64,000 nucleotides of DNA, taken from NCBI GenBank assembly GCA_038496445.1, contig JALMLS010000505.1, forward strand, positions 62,001-126,000, in the 5' to 3' direction. A program made the translations under genes and the position numbers. The notes under the pieces were generated by a model. It did not search any database. It saw only the letters and a list, made by a program, of their open reading frames with translations, and was not told where the DNA came from. Positions 58,361-64,000 of the stretch are shown piece after piece (within the stretch, counting starts at the first letter, position 1; each line of letters opens with the position of its first letter). The stretch is from Trichosphaerium sp. ATCC 40318. Its lineage: Eukaryota > Protista > Tubulinea.

Positions 58361-58927
58361 ATGAGTTACAAGGCTCTGGCAAAGGAAAAGGGTTTTGATG
58401 TAAAGTGGTCCAAGGGACTATTTCCAAAGTATAGGGATGATACTGAGGACTACAAAATAACGCAAGAGAGGCTCGATGATGCAAAAGAAGTTGTTGTACT
58501 GCTATTAGATCAAAATAAGCTGAAAATCAAAACAGCGTTCAAGAAGTATGCCAAAGGAAAGCACAAGACGCGAGAAAGGAAGAAACGGCGTAAAAACAAA
58601 AGAAAACGTGCCAAGTCGTCGAAAAAGAGAAAATGCGTCGTTACCGTAAACGTAAACGCTGCTAAGCGTAGGGTACGCAATGCAAAGTTTATTAAAGTCA
58701 GTCTCTTCAAGAAATGCAAAAATTACTTCTCAAGCTATGAAACGTACGGAGAAGCGGATGAAACAGCGGTTTGGATTAAAAAAATGCCAATGAGCGATGA
58801 AGATCTTATAGGCGTACTATTGCATGAATCATTGCATGATATCACTTTATTGAATGGTAAAGATCTTTCTGAGAGAGATGATCATCGTGTCATGCAATCT
58901 CTTGGAGAGGAAATTACAAAAGACTGA
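58361..58927 (+). CDS. Intronless minimal zincin-like HExxH protein with basic NLS-like insert
   Basis: YGEADETAVWI...LIGVLLHESLHD..ERDDH; K/R run RERKKRRKNKRKRAKSSKKRK. Confidence 0.7.
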   Translation: MSYKALAKEKGFDVKWSKGLFPKYRDDTEDYKITQERLDDAKEVVVLLLDQNKLKIKTAFKKYAKGKHKTRERKKRRKNKRKRAKSSKKRKCVVTVNVNAAKRRVRNAKFIKVSLFKKCKNYFSSYETYGEADETAVWIKKMPMSDEDLIGVLLHESLHDITLLNGKDLSERDDHRVMQSLGEEITKD

Positions 58928-59245
58928 CAAAAAAAAGTGACTTCACAAAGTAAGATTCATAACGAAGAAATGCGCTGGAAGTCATCCGATAGGTAGTGTT
59001 GAAGAATCGATTACAACAACTACAATAAGAAACTGAACAACAATCTGTAAATATTTGTAAAAGTAAATTAAAATATTTTGTAATGAACTCACTAGTGCTT
59101 TAACTTTTGGACTGAGAAAAAGTGAGAACACATTCTATGTTTTAAGGTTCCCTGCGATAAAAAGTCAACAATATCAAGTTGTGCAGAAAGTGTTTTGTTT
59201 ATTACTAGTGTATTATTTTACTTATTCTGTCTCATATTATTATCG

Positions 59246-62123
59246 TTATACAACAAGCACAGAATCTTGTTTATCATTATCCCTCAGTAACCTCTTTAAT
59301 GTATTAACGTGATCATCTGTAAGGTCATTATTTCTGATATCTAAAATCTCAATACAAGGCAAAGAGATAATATCACAAAGTGTATCAATATTGTCAATAT
59401 CATTATTAGCCAAGTTCAAGTACTTTAGTCTTTGGCAACTTCTCATATCAGGTGCACGTTTTAGATCATTTGTACTCAAATCAAGGCACCTAAAATAAAA
59501 CAATATCAGAGGCATAGCTCCTAGGAGCAAGCAACCAAAGAAATACGGCAAACTTTTTTTTGAAGAAAGTTCAAACGCACTCCAAGTTTGTCGCTGTGTT
59601 TAAGCCTTGTATGTCTATAATATCGTTATTGTGCGCATCTAACCATCTGGTTTACACGTGTTAGTAATAAACATAAGTAAGATAAAAATAGGCAGAACAC
59701 AACGCACGTGAGAGAAGGAATACCGCTGACATTCAACGAACGAATATCATTGCTTGCAATATTCAAGAATCGTAATCTTCTACACTGTTCAAAAGAGTTA
59801 TCATCAATCTCTTCAATGTCATTATCAGATAAATTAAGCCACCTAACATAACAGTAGATAAGCATCAACACTCTCATGTGATAAAGCATAAAATTATTTC
59901 TCTTTTGACGTACTCAAGGTATGGCATTTTGTTACTACTTACAAACGCAGAAATATCGTTTGTTGCAGCATTTATCCACCGTAATGTTGGATGACTCAAT
60001 TTTAGTTCTTTTAAGTCATTGTTACGAACGTTAAGTCTTAAGAGACGTGTGAAACCCTTTAATTGTATGCGGAGAAGATCTATAATATAAACAGTTACTA
60101 AACTAGCAATACAAAATCAAGAATCAAAAGGGAAACTCAAAAATAGACAACTTTTTTCCTTCCTTGTTAAATGAAAAACGTACCATTTGATTCGTATGTT
60201 AAATGCGTAATAGAAGATTTATCAGATTCAGGCGCGTTAGTACTTTTAAAGCTTTTATTTCTATGACTTGAAGTAACTTCATCTCGTCCAAAGCCTGTGG
60301 AAAACGATAGAGATAAAACCAAAAAAAAAAAACCAAAATCGAAGAGAGTACAAAAACAGCGTGTTATTACCTGGTATTGTTGATGGAAAAGGTTTCCTAT
60401 AATTATTCCTGTATTTTGTAACGTCATTTGGTATTAGACCGGGGTTGAGAATAAGTGCAACAGCAGCAACCTTGCGAAAAAATAAGATAAAAAAAACTCA
60501 AGAACTTTAAGTGAACTACACTTCTATTCGTTACTTATTAATGTCATATGTGACTAACATACCATTAAAGCCATTCCTATAAACCATCCAAATCGAATAA
60601 ATCCGATTTTAACAGAAGGTGTATAATGTGTTGCAAATGTTACGAATACTTCTGGATCTTTAGGAAGCATTTTTTGAGAAAGGCCAAAAAAACTCGCAAG
60701 ACCATTGTTTGTTTCCATCTTTTCCGTGAAAGTAACAGTTGCATATTGCACACGTAGAGTATAGTAAGTTGGAGCGACAGACTAAGAAATAAGTAAACTA
60801 TAAGATAACGTACACGCTTTTTTTTTCATTAAAACTAAGAATAAAACAAGAAAGGCAAAAGGTCTTTATCGTACTTGGCTGGGTGTGAGAAATTCGCTAT
60901 TTTCAAATTCATCTCTAGCCATTTCATTTAGAAGTTGGTGAGGGCAACCTTTGTCATTAGCACACTGTAAAATGATGTCAGCTTCAAAAAAAAACTAAGT
61001 TGATGCACGTGAAAATTTTCAAGGCACAAAACTCCAGATACAGAAGGGTTATCCGAATACAAAAAATAGAATACTTACCATTGGACCCATATCATACGAA
61101 ATAGGACCGCTGTGATAAGCTTGAATTTCAATACCCGGAGGTACAGCCCCTTTGCCAGTCCAGCCTATAAGAAACCACAAAAGTCAATAAACTAAATGAA
61201 ACTGTTGCTGTTGTACCAAATACTGTTCTGCGAGCTCTTGTGCGTCCGTACCTTGAATAACGTCCTATAAATAATTAACTGCGTTTTTAGTAAAAGGAGG
61301 TCACTCAGTGACTTGGTGAGGGTGTTTTCATGAAAGTTTTCACAAAAAAAAGAAACTCGAATTAATAGTCACTTACCATAGCGGTATCTCCCAATAGAGG
61401 AACCTGCCTTTAATAGCTTCCTTTGTCCTACCACATATGCATCGTCTAGATTATAAGAAAATTATTTTTAGACAAAACCACGTGTAAATAATCAATCCGT
61501 ACCAAAAACATTGTTATTGTTTTCATCATAAACATAAAAATTTTGTTTTAGAGCTGCTGACTCATCACCCAAATATTTCTGCTCTATATCAAAGTACTGT
61601 CCCTTCTCATCAAGTAAACTGATAGATATATTCAGGGCAGCTTTTTTAAAGGGCGTTAGAGGTTTTTTGGGGTTTTGTGTACATTTCTAAACGTTTACGT
61701 ACATCTACTTGGGCGAAAGACGATTGCTCTGTATGCTGTTTCTGCCTGAAACAGGTTTGAAGGTATTTTAAATTCTACAACCGCTTCGTCATTTTCTACA
61801 GCTTCTGGAAGCTGTAGCTGCGAAGGACAGGCGGCTAAATGGTGTATTTGCCTTAAAACCAGTTAAAAACGTTTTTTATTTCACATGAATGTTTGCCTAA
61901 TGCTTACCTGGATACGTAGTGCTTGATGGGGTCATTACTATTTGTGTTTCGCACTAGTCTGCACAAATTTATGTTATACCTACAAATGTAAATCAGCTAA
62001 AAATACGTAATGGACGCGTCACCATATGGCTATCTCTTGGTTAGGCAACATTACATTCGATATCGTGGAAATGGCAAGAAACACCATGCTGCCAGCCAAT
62101 AACCATACTACAATTGGCTTCAT
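59246..62123 (-). CDS. Membrane protein: N-terminal hydrophobic leader, ectodomain, TM helix, C-terminal LRR domain
   Basis: MKPIVVWLLAGSMVFLAIS leader; TM FGWFIGMALMVAAVALILNP; then about 9 LRRs LxxLNLSxNDI to ...DSVLVV*; manually spliced in frame. Confidence 0.7.
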
Positions 62124-62243
62124 TATGTCTAGGTCGTATTATGGTCGCTTCATGCATGACTTAGGAGCCTAGCTTAAAACCATGCCGCTTCGCTCGGAGA
62201 AATGCACATCATGACAAAGGGAAACGTGAAACTTCTAATCACT

Positions 62244-64000
62244 ATGGTATGCTATCAATTAGTCCATAGGAGATGCTAAACACATCTTGCAAGGCTTTCT
62301 TTTTTCAACAAACTTCCTAAACTAACTTAGATCCTCATTATACTTGTATACAAGTCTAAAGCGACATTGACCTGCGGCAACTTAACATTTTCGTCAATAA
62401 CATACCCGTAAGTTGCCATTTACTTCAAAAATCATTTCTTCAATCCCCATAAGCGCGTCAGGACGCATTCTTTTTTTGAACAAGTTCGTATTAAAAAAGA
62501 ACTATTTCGGAGTGACTTCTACTAATACACATTTTAGATTCTCTGCATCTATGCCTTGGATAGAAGTGAATGGTTTCGTTTCTGTGTATAATACGAACGT
62601 TACTGAGTTTCTCCGGCCTACTATTTTACTTGTTAATCGTGGAGACGAGTTTGCAATAGAAGACGCACTCAGGTACTATTTTTGAATTGTTTCAACAAAT
62701 AACTTGGCATAATTTTATTAAGCCCAAAAAAACTTGGGACGACTTCTTTAAATCAACTAATAACACCATTCGTCCGCGATTTATGAAAAGTACCGCCGGG
62801 CTTCTTTCCGGCTTTTGTTTTTCTTTATTGGATTACCAATTTTGTCATCAACAGTACAAATTGTACTTTTTTTTTGAAATACCATGTTGCTCAATACTCT
62901 AGGCCGTATCATCAAATTAAAGGAGTAGTTGGATTAGTTATTGGGTGTGATTCTAATGGTGGAGGTATAACGTCGATGGTGTAAATGCTGTTAAATAGAG
63001 TGAATAGATTTTATGTTTACAAATGGACAATCAAACGATGACTTGAAGACACCCACTGTTGAGACAACAAGTACACTATCACTTAGCAATGTTTCACTTA
63101 TTTTTTGTAGTGCAATCGTTTGATGCGATCAAACTTGCTATTAGTAATGCGACTTGTTACAATATGACGATGACTCCTGGTACTCTTTATTCGACAAATG
63201 TTTGTACTAACTTTCACACTTAGAAGCCAATCCATATTTATTGGCGTTCGAAGGCCTAGGCTTTTTCTTGAGCACACAAATAGTAGTATGCATATGGTCC
63301 TCTTTGAATGTTGTACGTAGGATTGGATATTAAAAGTAGCACTTATTTTCTTTGAACAGGCCTATGCGATACGAAAGTTATGCGTCGGGTGTAAAGCTAA
63401 AAAGAAGGCTAAAACTGTACCAATAACTGTTCTTATAATGGAGTTAATAGCAAACACAGGTAAAGTCAAGACGTTCTTTGTTTTTTTTGGAAGCAGTTTT
63501 TTTTCTGATTCTGTTTTTATTCTTAGTGCGTATTGTTTTATTCTCTGTTGATCCTTGGAGCACTCAAAGAATACTTCCTTCTACTATTTCAAGAAGTTTG
63601 CTTTATATAACCTTTGCTTTTTCAATTGGAGCATTAATGATTGTATCGATGTACTGGCAGAAACTTTTCTCCAACAACTCGGTTACTGTCAATATGTTCA
63701 TGAAAAAGTACAAGATTGCCGTAACTATTTGCTTTGCACTACTCTTTTCGTTGCTGTTGTCCGCAGCATTAATTGCTACATTGGTAAGCAGGAGATAAAA
63801 ATACTTGGAATCTTACTTTCTACTTTTTGTAGGCATCAATATCTGCAGTCAATACAATCGTTCATGTTGCGGTTTTTATATCTTTAGTTATTATTGTTTC
63901 CACCTTTTCCATTACAGCAATACGTGTACTAAGGAGAACAAGCCGAATGGCTGCAACTGAAGCCGTTAAGAAGCTTAAAATAGTACTCGTTTAAATCAAA
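62244..64000 (+). CDS. Third, divergent member of the ectodomain-7TM family (runs off the window)
   Basis: Probable ATG-only first exon; MELIANTVRIVLFSVDPW...MYWQKL parallels LEIVAN.RALF..IDP...FYWREL of the tandem pair; similar intron positions. Confidence 0.7.

Overview
Compact, AT-rich, intron-dense nuclear DNA of a microbial eukaryote (protist-like; taxon not determinable). It uses the standard genetic code and has many 40-300 nt GT-AG introns with GTAC/GTAT-biased donors. I spliced gene models by hand, so outer coordinates are approximate where stated. Conserved genes: TMEM243, DDX42, FUN14/FUNDC, two divergent actin-like genes flanking an Arf-like pseudo-GTPase, MYDGF, a C1/C2-TBC-EF-hand RabGAP, a GUP1/HHAT-like MBOAT, malic enzyme, MUS81-like nuclease and NIPBL/Scc2. 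Lineage-specific genes: a helical-repeat protein, three paralogous multi-pass (about 7TM) receptors with an ectodomain, a PPTTL mucin and a single-pass protein with cytoplasmic LRRs. Dispersed between these are intronless, giant-virus-style genes (F-box-like+MORN-variant repeats, F-box+LRR, an HExxH protein with an NLS insert, a decayed F-box/MORN copy), several pseudogene remnants, a MITE-like element and a kinase cassette bracketed by inverted repeats. Strongest unexplained signals: (1) roughly 8-fold excess of the palindrome CACGTG across introns, intergenic and coding DNA; (2) intronless F-box adaptors with constant-scaffold, variable-tip repeats; (3) a potentially invertible kinase cassette. 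No rRNA, tRNA or CRISPR arrays were recognised.
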